A stretch of DNA of 64,000 bases from Armatimonadota bacterium. Its GTDB lineage: Bacteria > Armatimonadota > SYMT01. The notes under the pieces are model-generated. The model was not told where the DNA came from and did no database searches. It saw only the letters and a list, made by a program, of their open reading frames with translations. Shown here in pieces: positions 54,607 through 64,000 of the stretch. The stretch is taken from assembly GCA_046292385.1 (NCBI GenBank), contig JBKBRF010000014.1, positions 24,234-88,233 on the forward strand, given 5' to 3'. Both the position numbers and the translations under genes were made by a program. The number at the start of each line of letters is the position of its first letter. Position 1 is the first letter of the stretch.

Positions 54607-55797
54607 ATGTCGCTCCGCAGGCTTCAACCGTTCGCGGTGCTCTTCCTCGCGCTGGGAGCGCTGCTCCCCGGTCGCGCGCTGCAGGAGACCCCGCCGCCTC
54701 GCCCGGGTGAAGGTCACCTGGTCCAGTGGGAAGGCTGGAGCTTCCGCTGGTCGGTCCGCCCGCGCGAGGGGATCGTGCTCAGCGACGTGTCGTTCCAGGG
54801 CCGCAAGGTCTTAAAGCACGCCTCCATCGTGGAGATCTTCGTGCCGTACGACCAGGGCCAGCCGCGTCCGGAAGACTCGCTGGACGGGATGGGCGTCAAC
54901 CTGGTCGAGCTGCTCCCCGGAAAGGACTGCATCCCCGGCACGATCTGCCGCATGCTCAATGCCGAGGGCAAGGAAGAGGGGAAGCGGCTGGTGGGGCTGC
55001 ACGAGGAATACACCGGCCTGAACTACCTGGGCGACCAGGGCCGCTCCTACGGCAAGATGCTGGTGCTCTGGGGCAGCTCCCGGCTGGGGAAGTACACCTA
55101 CTTTCTCCGGTGGCGGTTCAGCAGCGACGGCAGCATGCACCCGGACGTGGGCCTCACCGGCCGCCTGGAGCATACCCGCCCCGGAACCACCACGCCGCAC
55201 GGCACGCAGGTGGGGCGCGAATCGAACGGTGAGCCGGTCTTCGCGCCGTCGCACGTCCACAATTTCTACTACCGCCTCGACTTCGACATCGACGGCGCCG
55301 CGGACGACGTGGTGGAGGAATCGAGCCACAAGCAGGACCAGCCCGGCCGGAGCCTCACCGCCCAGGACCAGTGGACGCCGGTGCTCCGGGAGGGCGGCCG
55401 CAGCCTCGACTCGGACGCGTTCCGCACCTGGCGGGTGGTCGACAAGAATTCGAAGAACGCCCTCGGACACCGGCGCTCCTACGAGCTGATGCCGGGCGGC
55501 AACGGCCGGTTCCGCGGCGCGGCGGAGGAGGCGTTCACCCAGGCCGACCTGTGGGTGACGCGCTACCGCCCCAACGAATTCCCGCTCAGCTCCGAGGTCC
55601 CGGTCCCCACCCGCCTCGCGCTGCCGCTCTTCACCAACCGGGAGCCGCTGGCGGAGCAGGACGTGGTGGTCTGGTACACGATGTCGGTCCACCATATCCC
55701 CCGCACGGAAGACTGGCCCGCCATGCCGGTCGTCTGGGCCGGCTTCAACCTGATGCCGAGAGACTTCCTGGACGGCAGCCCTTTGCGGCCGCAGTAG
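54607..55797 (+). CDS. Copper amine oxidase-like protein (catalytic domain only, secreted)
   Basis: W.GWSF, REGIVL, EIFVPY, HVHNFYYRLDFDIDG, LWVTRY, DVVVWY, HHIPRTEDWPAMP. Confidence 0.88.
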   Translation: MSLRRLQPFAVLFLALGALLPGRALQETPPPRPGEGHLVQWEGWSFRWSVRPREGIVLSDVSFQGRKVLKHASIVEIFVPYDQGQPRPEDSLDGMGVNLVELLPGKDCIPGTICRMLNAEGKEEGKRLVGLHEEYTGLNYLGDQGRSYGKMLVLWGSSRLGKYTYFLRWRFSSDGSMHPDVGLTGRLEHTRPGTTTPHGTQVGRESNGEPVFAPSHVHNFYYRLDFDIDGAADDVVEESSHKQDQPGRSLTAQDQWTPVLREGGRSLDSDAFRTWRVVDKNSKNALGHRRSYELMPGGNGRFRGAAEEAFTQADLWVTRYRPNEFPLSSEVPVPTRLALPLFTNREPLAEQDVVVWYTMSVHHIPRTEDWPAMPVVWAGFNLMPRDFLDGSPLRPQ

Positions 55798-56009
55798 CGG
55801 CCGGTTGAGGGTCTAGCGTTTAGGGTGTAGGGTGTAGGAGCTCGGCAGCCTGGCTCACCCAAACCGACGCGCACGGCTTCATCGGTAAGCGTCGCGCTGG
55901 GGCCGGACCGACCGTGCGCGGGAGGTTCGGATTCCGCACTCCGTCCTCTGCACTCCGCCCTAAAGTCATCCGCTCGCACGTCTCCCTATCTCCTGACGAG
56001 GCCCTGACC

Positions 56010-56747
56010 GTGACGTTTCCTTTCTCACCCATCACCTATCTGGAGCCGCTCGACGTGGGGCGGGAGATCCAGCTCGACGCGCGGACGATGGAGGCGCTGG
56101 TGTTCCGGCAGATCCGAGTCTCGGAGGCGTTCACCCTGCGGGACTCCGCGGGCGACTACTTCCGGGCCAGCCTGCGCGAGGCGGGTCCCCGGGGTGGGGC
56201 GGCCGTGGTCTACGAGCGGATGGAGCGCTCCCCGGAGAGTCCGCTGCAGCTCTCCCTCTACTGCGCGGTGCTCGCCCGGCAGCGGATGATGCTGGTGACC
56301 CAGAAGGCGACGGAGCTCGGGGTAGTCCGGCTGCAGCCGCTCTTCACGGAGCACTCGGTTCCGCCGGAAGGGCTGCAGCATGAGAAGGCGCACGCCTGGC
56401 CCAACCAGGCGCTGCGGGCGGTGCGCCAGTGCCGCCGCGCCAGCGTGCCGGAGGTCCGCCCTACCGTGCCGCTAGCCGAAGCCGTGCAGTACCCCACCTG
56501 GCAGCGGGCGGAGGCGCGCTTCTACCTGGATGACCGCGCCGCGGAGAAGACACAGCTCTGGCGCGGCCCGCGGGAAGTGGTGCTGGCGGTCGGTCCCGAG
56601 GGCGGCTGGAGCGACCCCGAGCGCAGCCTCCTCCAGGCCTCCGGCGCTCTTCCCCTCGCCCTCGGCGGCCGCGTCCTCCGCTCCGAGACGGCGGTACTGG
56701 TCGGCGTTACCCTCCTGCAGCACCTGCTGGGCGACCTGCAAGTCTAA
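56010..56747 (+). CDS. rsmE: 16S rRNA m3U1498 methyltransferase RsmE
   Basis: QKATELGV, AVRQCRR, VGPEGGWS, LGGRVLRSETA. Confidence 0.9.
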   Translation: MTFPFSPITYLEPLDVGREIQLDARTMEALVFRQIRVSEAFTLRDSAGDYFRASLREAGPRGGAAVVYERMERSPESPLQLSLYCAVLARQRMMLVTQKATELGVVRLQPLFTEHSVPPEGLQHEKAHAWPNQALRAVRQCRRASVPEVRPTVPLAEAVQYPTWQRAEARFYLDDRAAEKTQLWRGPREVVLAVGPEGGWSDPERSLLQASGALPLALGGRVLRSETAVLVGVTLLQHLLGDLQV

Positions 56748-56984
56748 TCAGCCCGAGCGGAGGTGTAAGAAAAGGGGATAGGGGGATGTATTGGGGATGG
56801 GGGGGATGTTTGGGGAAGCTAGCCGCGCCGCGGCTCGACTGATCCCGTGGAGCCAGCAGCGCCGCTGGCGTGACCGTCACCCGAGCATGGAGCCAGTTTC
56901 GGTTCCCGCACGCCAGGACTGAATCCCATCATCCCCTCATCCCCGTTCCTACATCTCCTCATCCCCTGAGAAGGTCCGGATCGC

Positions 56985-59159
56985 CTATTGCTCCACGGTC
57001 AGGTCGTCGATCAGCAGCGCGCCTTTTGGTTTGCGGGTGTCGTCCGGCTCTACCACGTAGACGGCTTCCAGCGAGATCGGGCCGGGGAGGTCTTCCGAGA
57101 GGGGGACGCGGAGCTCGCGCCAGGTGTCTTTCCAGTCGACGTTCCGGGCGATATCGACCAGGTGGGACGCTCCCTTCGCGTCCCGCAGCCGCGCGCGGAG
57201 CCAGGTGCCGAGTCCGTCACCAAAGACCCAGAGCTTGAACGCCAGCGGCTGGCCCAGCGGACGGCTGGCGAGGGCGTAGACGGCGCGGGTACCGGTGCCG
57301 GTGGTGAGGTCGTATTCCAGCCGCAGCGCGCGGGAGCCGGAGCGGGCTTTGCCGGCGCTGATCTGCACGGAGCCCTGCGCGCCGCCCGCGGTCTGGACTT
57401 TCCAGGCGCCGTCGGTCTCGAAGTCGTCCAGCGCCTTCGCGGCGCCGACCGCCACTTCCACCATCGCCTCGCCGGCGACGCCGTTCACCAGTGCCCGGAC
57501 CACGCCGCGCGCCGCCGCTTCGCCCGTCAGCAGCGTGCCGTCCGCGGCGAGCGTCCCGAGCTCCGGCGTGGCCTCCCACCGCACCTCGCCGGGCAGCGCC
57601 AGCGGCCGGCCGCGGGAGTCGACGGCGCGGACCGTGAAGGTAGACTGCAGGCGGGTGCCGAGGCGGGTGCTGCCGGTGACGACCACCTGCGACGGCCGCG
57701 GGTAGACGCGCACCGGGATCTCGCCCGCGGCGGCGCCGGCTTCCACGCGGATCCGGCCTTCAAGATACTCCGCGCCGGCGGGCGGCGAGGCTTCGGCCGA
57801 AGCGACGAAGCGGCCGTCCCGCACCGTCCCGAGCGCAGGATCGACACTCCAGCGCGCCGCTTCGGCCGGGAGCGCCACCGGGTTGTAGTGCTGGTCCTCA
57901 CCCGTGAGTGAAAGAGGCACTTCGGCACCGGCCAGCGCCGCCACTTCGCCCGGGGTGGTGATGATGCGCACCGCCTCGCCCTTCGGCGCGGTGCTGAAGA
58001 CGAGCAGGCCGTTTGCGACGGGGCGCTCCCGGCCGTCCGACGGTCGGTTCAGGATGCTGCCGCGCATCCAGAGAGTGGTGGAGCCGCCGCCGTCCATGTT
58101 CAGCGCGTCGGTGCAGCCGAGATCGACCATCGCCTGCGCCAGCTCGGGCAGGCTCATCCCGATGCTCTGTCCGGGCAGGCGCCCGTCCACCGTAAACAGG
58201 TAGAGCTTGCTGCCGTTGAAGCCGATGGCGGTGCGCGGATGGCGGGTGCGCGCAAAGGCGCCGTCGATGCTGCCGGCTTCCTTCTCGATCGAGACGCGGC
58301 CGTTGCGCACGAGGCGCGGCCCACCGCCGAGCAGCTGGTCTCCGGGGCCGACGGCAGGGTCGAAGTCGATCTTCAGCTCCAGCACGTCGTCCGGCTTCAG
58401 GCCGCGCAGCAGGAAGCCCGCCGGTCCGGAGCCGGAGAGCACCCAGCCGCCGGGCGCGATCGGCGCGTTCCCGGCACCGCTCTGGACCGCCCGCACCCGC
58501 GCCCGGTGGACTACTCCGTTTTGCAGCGGGAACTGCTCGGGCTCCAGGTAGACTTCCGTCCCCTCGGCAGAGGTACGTGTAGACGGCCCGAACCACGGGG
58601 TATAGATCACCAGCTGGTTTGCGCCGCGCGGGTGGTTCACGGAGGTGATCTCGCGCTCGATGCCGCTGGGGAGCGCCAGCTTGCCGGTGGCGCGGAAGAT
58701 CTGGATCGACGGAGTCCCGCTCTGGGGGAGCACCAGGCAGGAGCGGTTGAACGGGGTCCGGATCACCTCGCCGTTTAGAATGGCGGCATTTGTGGGGATG
58801 CCCGGCTGCTGGGTGCTGGGGTAGTAGAAGAAGTCGCCGTTCACGCCGGCGATCGGGTAGCGGGTCTCCTGCGTCAGCCGCTCGGCCTGGCGGGAAAGCG
58901 GCTCCAGGCCGAGGGTGCCGCCGCGGCCGAGGGAGACCCCGAGCTGGATCAGCGGCTGGGTGGTGTCCACTTCCACCGCGTAACAGACGTTCGGACCCTC
59001 CGCGGAGGCGCGGGTCCACTGCAGGAGCCGCACCCCCGGCCCGATGAAGCGCTCCGAGCGCTCCTGGGCCGCGGCGCCGGCGCAGAGGGCGAGCACGGCG
59101 CATAGAATGAAGACGAGCGAGGTGCGGCGGCGGATCACAGAACCGGGCAAGGCGGGCAT
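56985..59159 (-). CDS. Phosphodiester glycosidase (NAGPA-like) family protein with Ig-like and carbohydrate-binding-like domains
   Basis: GVNGDFF, GGGPRLV, HPRTAIG, VDGR, NMDGGGST, ERPVAN. Confidence 0.88.
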   Translation of the reverse strand: MPALPGSVIRRRTSLVFILCAVLALCAGAAAQERSERFIGPGVRLLQWTRASAEGPNVCYAVEVDTTQPLIQLGVSLGRGGTLGLEPLSRQAERLTQETRYPIAGVNGDFFYYPSTQQPGIPTNAAILNGEVIRTPFNRSCLVLPQSGTPSIQIFRATGKLALPSGIEREITSVNHPRGANQLVIYTPWFGPSTRTSAEGTEVYLEPEQFPLQNGVVHRARVRAVQSGAGNAPIAPGGWVLSGSGPAGFLLRGLKPDDVLELKIDFDPAVGPGDQLLGGGPRLVRNGRVSIEKEAGSIDGAFARTRHPRTAIGFNGSKLYLFTVDGRLPGQSIGMSLPELAQAMVDLGCTDALNMDGGGSTTLWMRGSILNRPSDGRERPVANGLLVFSTAPKGEAVRIITTPGEVAALAGAEVPLSLTGEDQHYNPVALPAEAARWSVDPALGTVRDGRFVASAEASPPAGAEYLEGRIRVEAGAAAGEIPVRVYPRPSQVVVTGSTRLGTRLQSTFTVRAVDSRGRPLALPGEVRWEATPELGTLAADGTLLTGEAAARGVVRALVNGVAGEAMVEVAVGAAKALDDFETDGAWKVQTAGGAQGSVQISAGKARSGSRALRLEYDLTTGTGTRAVYALASRPLGQPLAFKLWVFGDGLGTWLRARLRDAKGASHLVDIARNVDWKDTWRELRVPLSEDLPGPISLEAVYVVEPDDTRKPKGALLIDDLTVEQ

Positions 59160-59238
59160 GGCACTAATATCCGGCGGGCGGGTGTCGATTTGACGTGAAC
59201 TGAGGCGCCGCCTATCATGTCGGCCGGGAGACTAGAGA

Positions 59239-61431
59239 ATGATCAGTCGGAGCGCCAAGCGGCGAATTAAGAAGATCCTGCTCTGGATGGAGGTGACGCT
59301 GATCCTCGTCCTGGGAGCCGGCATGGGCGTGGCGCTCGGCGTATTCTACCAGATGAATCGCCTCCTGCCGCCGGACGCCGCGCTGGACACCTACCGCGCG
59401 CCGGTGGGCACCAAGATCTACTCTTCGGACGGCGTGCTGCTGGCCAAGCTGGCGGAAGAGAACCGCGAGCCGGTGCCGCTGGAGAAGATCCCGAAGACGA
59501 TGCAGGACGCGATCGTCGCGATCGAGGATGCCCGCTTCTACAGTCACAGCGGTCTCGACTACAAGGGTCTGGCACGCGCCCTCTGGACCAACGTGAGCGG
59601 CCGGGAGCTGGCGCAGGGCGCCAGCACCATCACCATGCAGCTCGCGCGGAACATGTTCTTCAGCCAGAAGAAGAAGATGTCCCGGAAGGTCAAAGAGATC
59701 CTGATGGCGGTCCAGATCGAGCGGAAGTGGACCAAGCGCCAGATCCTGGAAGCCTACCTGAACCAGGTTTACTTCGGAGCCGGCGCCTACGGCGTGCGCT
59801 CCGCGTCGCAGACCTACTTCCGCAAGAACCTCGACGACCTGACGCTGGAAGAAGCCGCACTCCTCGCCGGGCTGCCGCAGCGGCCCAGCGCGTTCAACCC
59901 GTTCCAGGTCCACGCCGAGGAGGGGAACTACAAGCGCACGAAGGCCCGGCGCGACGACGTGCTGGAGCGCATGGCGCAGCTCGGCTTCGTGACGCGCGAG
60001 CAGGCCGAAGAGGCGAAAGAGAAGCCGGTCAAGGTAGCCAAGAGCCGCCCGCAGACCGTCGGCTACTTCAAGGCGAAGTATTTCTGCCAGTACGTGGTGG
60101 ACGAGCTGAAGGAGCGGTACGGCTACGACCAGGACCTGATCGAGAAGGCGGGCCTTAAAGTCGTCACCACGCTGAACTGGAAGATGCAGCAGGAAGCGGA
60201 GAAGGCGGCGAAGCAGGGGCTGGCCAAGTACAGCGGCTGGGGCAACGTCTCCGAAGTGGCGCTGATCTCGCTCGATCCCAACAGCGGCTACATCCGCGCG
60301 ATGGTCGGCGGCGTGCAGGAGCCGTGGGACAAGTACCAGTTCAACTGCGCCACGCAGGCGAAGCGGCAGCCGGGCTCGTCGTTCAAGACGTTCGTCTACG
60401 CGGCGGCGCTGCAGGCGGGGAAGACCCCCTACTCCAGCGTAAACGGAAACGCCGCAATCCGGATGCCGGACGGCACGGTCTGGGCTCCGAAGAACCACGG
60501 CGGCGGTGGCGGCGGAATGATGTCGTACCGCAGCGCCTTCCAGAGCTCCGTCAACGGGGCGGCGGCGAACGTCTGCTACGACGTGGGCCCGCGCAACGTG
60601 GCCAACCTGGCGATGCGCCTCGGCCTGGAAGGTCCGATCCCGGCGTACCCGTCGATCGCGCTCGGGACGATCGAGGCGACGCCGCTGGAGATGGCCACCG
60701 CCTACGCGCCGTTTGCCGCGCGCGGAAAGAAGGCGGAGCCGCTGGCGATCCTCCGGATCCAGAACCAGGACGGCGAGATCGTGGAGGACGTGCAGCCGAA
60801 GGTGAAGGACTCCGGTCTGACCCCGCAGACGGTAGAGGGAATGGGCGAGCTGACCCGCGCCGTGGTAACGAGCGGGACCGGACGGGGCGCCAGCCGCGTG
60901 CCGAACGCCCACGGCAAGACCGGCACTACCGAGAAGAACACCGACGCCTGGTTCGTGGGCTACGTTCCCGGCGAGCTGGTGACGGCGGTCTGGGCGGGAA
61001 ACCGGAACAACCGGCCGATGTCGCACAGCCTCTACGGCGGCACGATCTGCGCGCCGATCTGGGCGGACTACATGGAAGACGCCGTGAAGCTCAACCCGGC
61101 CAACAAGAAGAGACCGAAGGTGGAGACGCTGGCGAAGGAGGCGCGTCCGCGGCGGGCTCGCCCCCGGCCGGCGCCGGCGGCGCCTTCCGCGGACGAGAAC
61201 GACCGCAACCGCGTGAGCGCTACGGTCTGCTCCGTGAGCGGGCTCCTGGCCCGGGACGGCTGCGAGAGCACGGAGCGGCTGGAGTTCCGGCTGGGACAGC
61301 AGCCGCTGACCCGCTGCACCCTCCACACCGGCGAGAAGCCGAAGCAGGACGCCAAGAAAGAGGAGTCGCAGAAAGCAGACGCCCCGGACGCCGGGACGCT
61401 CGCCCCCGCAGCCGCCGGCACGAGCGACTGA
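59239..61431 (+). CDS. Class A penicillin-binding protein (PBP1A family)
   Basis: EDARFYSH, GASTITMQL, YLNQVY, RQPGSSFK, SVN, GKTGT. Confidence 0.95.
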   Translation: MISRSAKRRIKKILLWMEVTLILVLGAGMGVALGVFYQMNRLLPPDAALDTYRAPVGTKIYSSDGVLLAKLAEENREPVPLEKIPKTMQDAIVAIEDARFYSHSGLDYKGLARALWTNVSGRELAQGASTITMQLARNMFFSQKKKMSRKVKEILMAVQIERKWTKRQILEAYLNQVYFGAGAYGVRSASQTYFRKNLDDLTLEEAALLAGLPQRPSAFNPFQVHAEEGNYKRTKARRDDVLERMAQLGFVTREQAEEAKEKPVKVAKSRPQTVGYFKAKYFCQYVVDELKERYGYDQDLIEKAGLKVVTTLNWKMQQEAEKAAKQGLAKYSGWGNVSEVALISLDPNSGYIRAMVGGVQEPWDKYQFNCATQAKRQPGSSFKTFVYAAALQAGKTPYSSVNGNAAIRMPDGTVWAPKNHGGGGGGMMSYRSAFQSSVNGAAANVCYDVGPRNVANLAMRLGLEGPIPAYPSIALGTIEATPLEMATAYAPFAARGKKAEPLAILRIQNQDGEIVEDVQPKVKDSGLTPQTVEGMGELTRAVVTSGTGRGASRVPNAHGKTGTTEKNTDAWFVGYVPGELVTAVWAGNRNNRPMSHSLYGGTICAPIWADYMEDAVKLNPANKKRPKVETLAKEARPRRARPRPAPAAPSADENDRNRVSATVCSVSGLLARDGCESTERLEFRLGQQPLTRCTLHTGEKPKQDAKKEESQKADAPDAGTLAPAAAGTSD

Positions 61432-61458
61432 CGCCCCCTCGCGCCCCTGACATGGGAA

Positions 61459-61500
61459 AGACCGGGATGGCAGCTACTCGCCATCCCGGTCTGCTTTTGT
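61459..61500 (+). terminator. Intrinsic terminator
   Basis: AGACCGGGATGGC/GCCATCCCGGTCT stem followed by GCTTTTGT. Confidence 0.8.
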
Positions 61501-61525
61501 CCGGCCCCGAAAACGCGCGGCTCGC

Positions 61526-62098
61526 TCAGCGCGGCTCCGGCAAGGTAAAGAGCGCGCCTACCCGGCAGCGGAGGTCCGGGATCAGCTCCGGCGCGGTCAG
61601 CTCGTCTTCGTCGCCGAGCCGCTCCACCGTCCCGTCCGCGCGATAGACGTGAACTGCCCTCAGCTCGGGGTTTACCCGCCAGACCAGCGGAACGCCGGCG
61701 CGGAGGTACTCCTCGACCTTGAGGTCGATCTCGTACGCCGTGTCGTTGGGGGAGAGCACCTCTACCGCCAGATCGGGGGCGATCCTGACGTGCCCCCGCG
61801 GGATGCGCTCCTCCGGAAGGCGCCCGCGGCGGATAAAGGAGACGTCCGGCCTCCGCACCTTCCGCGGATGGTTCCGGAAGCACTGGTAGCTCGCTCCCGA
61901 CTCGAGCGCCCAGCCAAGCCCCTGATCCTGTCCCAGCGTTGCCAGAAGCTGCAGGATCCGTGCGGCAACCCAGCTCGCGAAGCTCCCCGTGCCCTTCTTC
62001 ACCAACCGCCCCTTCACGAGCTTGAATCCCTTTCCGCCGCCTGCCAGCTTCAGCAAGGATTCCGGCGTGTGGGTTGGCTCCGGCACGGCTGCGCTCAT
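61526..62098 (-). CDS. Uma2-family PD-(D/E)xK-like protein
   Basis: RRPDVSF, APDLAVEVLSPND, KVEEYLRAGVPLVW. Confidence 0.9.
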   Translation of the reverse strand: MSAAVPEPTHTPESLLKLAGGGKGFKLVKGRLVKKGTGSFASWVAARILQLLATLGQDQGLGWALESGASYQCFRNHPRKVRRPDVSFIRRGRLPEERIPRGHVRIAPDLAVEVLSPNDTAYEIDLKVEEYLRAGVPLVWRVNPELRAVHVYRADGTVERLGDEDELTAPELIPDLRCRVGALFTLPEPR

Positions 62099-62188
62099 GG
62101 CACTTCTCCCAAAGCAGCGGACGGCATGGTCCTATCTCACAATACGGGAACACCCGTTCCCGGCTCGGTGGCGGAGAACTGGGGCGGC

Positions 62189-63439
62189 TTAGAACCGGTC
62201 CAGCTCGGAGATGAACGGCTCGCCGGCGGGGAAGAGCTGGTCCGCAAGCTCCAGCGCGCCCTCGCCGGAGACGCGCGCCAGCTCCTGGGAGACGGCCTCC
62301 GAAGGGGAGAGGTAGCCGCAGGCGAGCTGGGAGAAGACCTGGATGCTGCTCTCCAGGTACGGCTCGGCGGGGGCGTCGGGGCGGAGGTGGACGCGTGCGC
62401 CGTCGTGGGAGACGGTGACCGGCTCGGAGTTCTCCGGCAGCGCGTCATCGGAGATTCGAAAGCAGAGCGCGCCCGGCATCGCTCCGGCGGTCTCCGCGGC
62501 GAGCCGCAGCATGCCGGGGAGATCGACTACCCGGAACTGGAACATCGGCCGGGTGGTGACGATGCTCCGCGGCTTGAAGCCCTCCCGCAGGGGGGCCGTG
62601 GAGTGCAGGAGGCCGCTGGCGCAAAGCGAGACCGAGTCGGCGTGCCACTCGATCGACTCGCCGCCGAACTCGGAGAGGGAGCCGATCAGCGCGCGCCAGG
62701 CCCTCGGAGAGGCGGCGTCCATCTCCAGCACTCGCAGCACGCGACCGCCGTAGTTGTCGCGCGCTTCGGTGGAGATCAGGTAGCCATCGATCCGATTCTC
62801 GCCGACGCAGCGCGTGGTGAGGACGGGATCGCCGCAGACCCGTTGCCAGCGCGGCTCCGGCCGGGCGAGGGCGCAGGTGGCGCGCTCCAGCCGCTCCGTA
62901 TAGAACCGCGTGAGCCGCGGGACGTCCTCCGGCTGGGCCAACCGAACCGTCCGGCGCTCGGAGAACGCCGGCAGGCAGTTGGGGCGGCTCCAGAAGTGGC
63001 AGTGATTGCCGCCCAGCTCGTAGCCGAACTTACGGTAGTAGCGGAACGAGAACGGGAAGAGGACGGAAGCGGGCACCCCCTGCGCGCGCAGGTGACGGAG
63101 GCTGTCCCGGATCAGCGCGCTGGCGTAGCCCTGGTTCTGCTGCTCCGGATCGGTCGCCACGTGCCGGATGCCGCCCAACGGCACCGCCGCCCCCCGGATT
63201 CGGAGCTCCGCCCGCAGCAGGGTGAGGCAGGAGACCACGCGGTCCCCGAGGGCGACCACCCGGAGCTCGTCGGAGCTGCCGGGATGGGCCGGCGGGGCCT
63301 CGCCTTCCAGGTTGAAGGCTGCGCGCTGAAGCCGCCAGGCCGCCGCCCGCTCCTGGGAGTCGGCGCCGCGAACCTCCGGCAGGCGGTGCCGGACGGGCTG
63401 GGGAGGAAGCTGTAGATGGGGTGCCGCTGTACTTGCCAC
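62189..63439 (-). CDS. Eis-like GNAT acetyltransferase with SCP2-like C-terminus
   Basis: GIRHVATDPEQQNQGYASAL, LFPFSFRYYRKFGYE, FRVVD; start approximate. Confidence 0.88.
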   Translation of the reverse strand: MASTAAPHLQLPPQPVRHRLPEVRGADSQERAAAWRLQRAAFNLEGEAPPAHPGSSDELRVVALGDRVVSCLTLLRAELRIRGAAVPLGGIRHVATDPEQQNQGYASALIRDSLRHLRAQGVPASVLFPFSFRYYRKFGYELGGNHCHFWSRPNCLPAFSERRTVRLAQPEDVPRLTRFYTERLERATCALARPEPRWQRVCGDPVLTTRCVGENRIDGYLISTEARDNYGGRVLRVLEMDAASPRAWRALIGSLSEFGGESIEWHADSVSLCASGLLHSTAPLREGFKPRSIVTTRPMFQFRVVDLPGMLRLAAETAGAMPGALCFRISDDALPENSEPVTVSHDGARVHLRPDAPAEPYLESSIQVFSQLACGYLSPSEAVSQELARVSGEGALELADQLFPAGEPFISELDRF

Positions 63440-63781
63440 GACATTCTCCGGGCAGCCGACGTCCGTAATGATACCCCCGCAATCCGCCCGACTGCCAGAT
63501 TCGGGATCGAGCGCCGAATCGAGCCGCGGGTCCCCGGCGCCGCGTCGCGCGCTCGTCCATAGGCGCTGCCGATACCCGGTATGAGAACTTCGATGAAACA
63601 GCTCTGCGGGTGTGTACGTCTGAGGAGCCGGAGCGATTCTCCGTGACAGGCGGGCCTCCAGCCAAAATCGCTGACAGCCTGCCACCCTGGCCCGTAATCT
63701 ATATTCGGGAGTGCGGACATGTCCGCACCCGCGGTTTCTCACCCCGGCCCAGGCCGAACCCCGGAAGGAGGTGATACGCAG

Positions 63782-64000
63782 ATGAAGAAGCTAGCCCTCA
63801 TCCTCGCAGCGCTCGGGATGGCCGTCTCCGCCTTTGCGGCGAACGTCGAGTCCGGACTGAAGCCCGGCGAGCGATTGTCGCCATTTGACGTGGTGGACAT
63901 CTCCGGCCCCGACAAGGGAAAGCAGCTCTGCATCGTTTGAAAGAACGGTGGATCGCCGAACGTCGTTGCCTTTGTCAAGGACGAACCGGCGAAGGCTGCC
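63782..64000 (+). CDS. Probable secreted selenoprotein (thioredoxin-like, CxxU), 3'-truncated by the window; in-frame TGA at 63938-63940
   Basis: AAGGAGGT SD; signal peptide; SGLKPGE..PFDVVDISG...LCIV-TGA-KNGGSPNVVAFVKD stays open to the window end. Confidence 0.7.

Noticed and set aside
61526..62098. Uma2 gene as the missing nuclease of the island
   Set aside because: It lies about 16 kb away, has host-like composition, and belongs to a commonly expanded family.

Overview
High-GC bacterial chromosomal segment. Armatimonadota-like gene content and intergenic repeat style are my inference, not verified. Most genes are housekeeping, envelope or metabolic: tricorn S41 protease, Maf, a two-component pair, UbiX, a molybdopterin oxidoreductase, an orphan DnaE2, a sugar ABC pair, glmS, ppc, RsmE, PBP1A and tRNA-Glu(CTC). 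A complete IS21 carries a 14-nt insertion in istB. Four things stand out. (1) Three probable selenoprotein genes that the ORF track splits at in-frame TGA codons. Two are tandem exported LolA-like/TlpA-thioredoxin fusions with a U-G-A-C active site and a covarying SECIS-like hairpin; the third is a CxxU protein at the window end. (2) A lower-GC four-gene island with no integrase and no nuclease (N4/N6 MTase, PRTase-like, ORC/CDC6-like ATPase, possible CARF-like protein), bounded by a ~195-bp duplication of an SDR gene 3' end. It is a candidate defence system. (3) A ~280-nt structured element present twice with compensatory base-pair changes. (4) Several families of intergenic heptamer tandem repeats, one of which contains the only available start codons of dnaE2. 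No CRISPR array or rRNA was seen.
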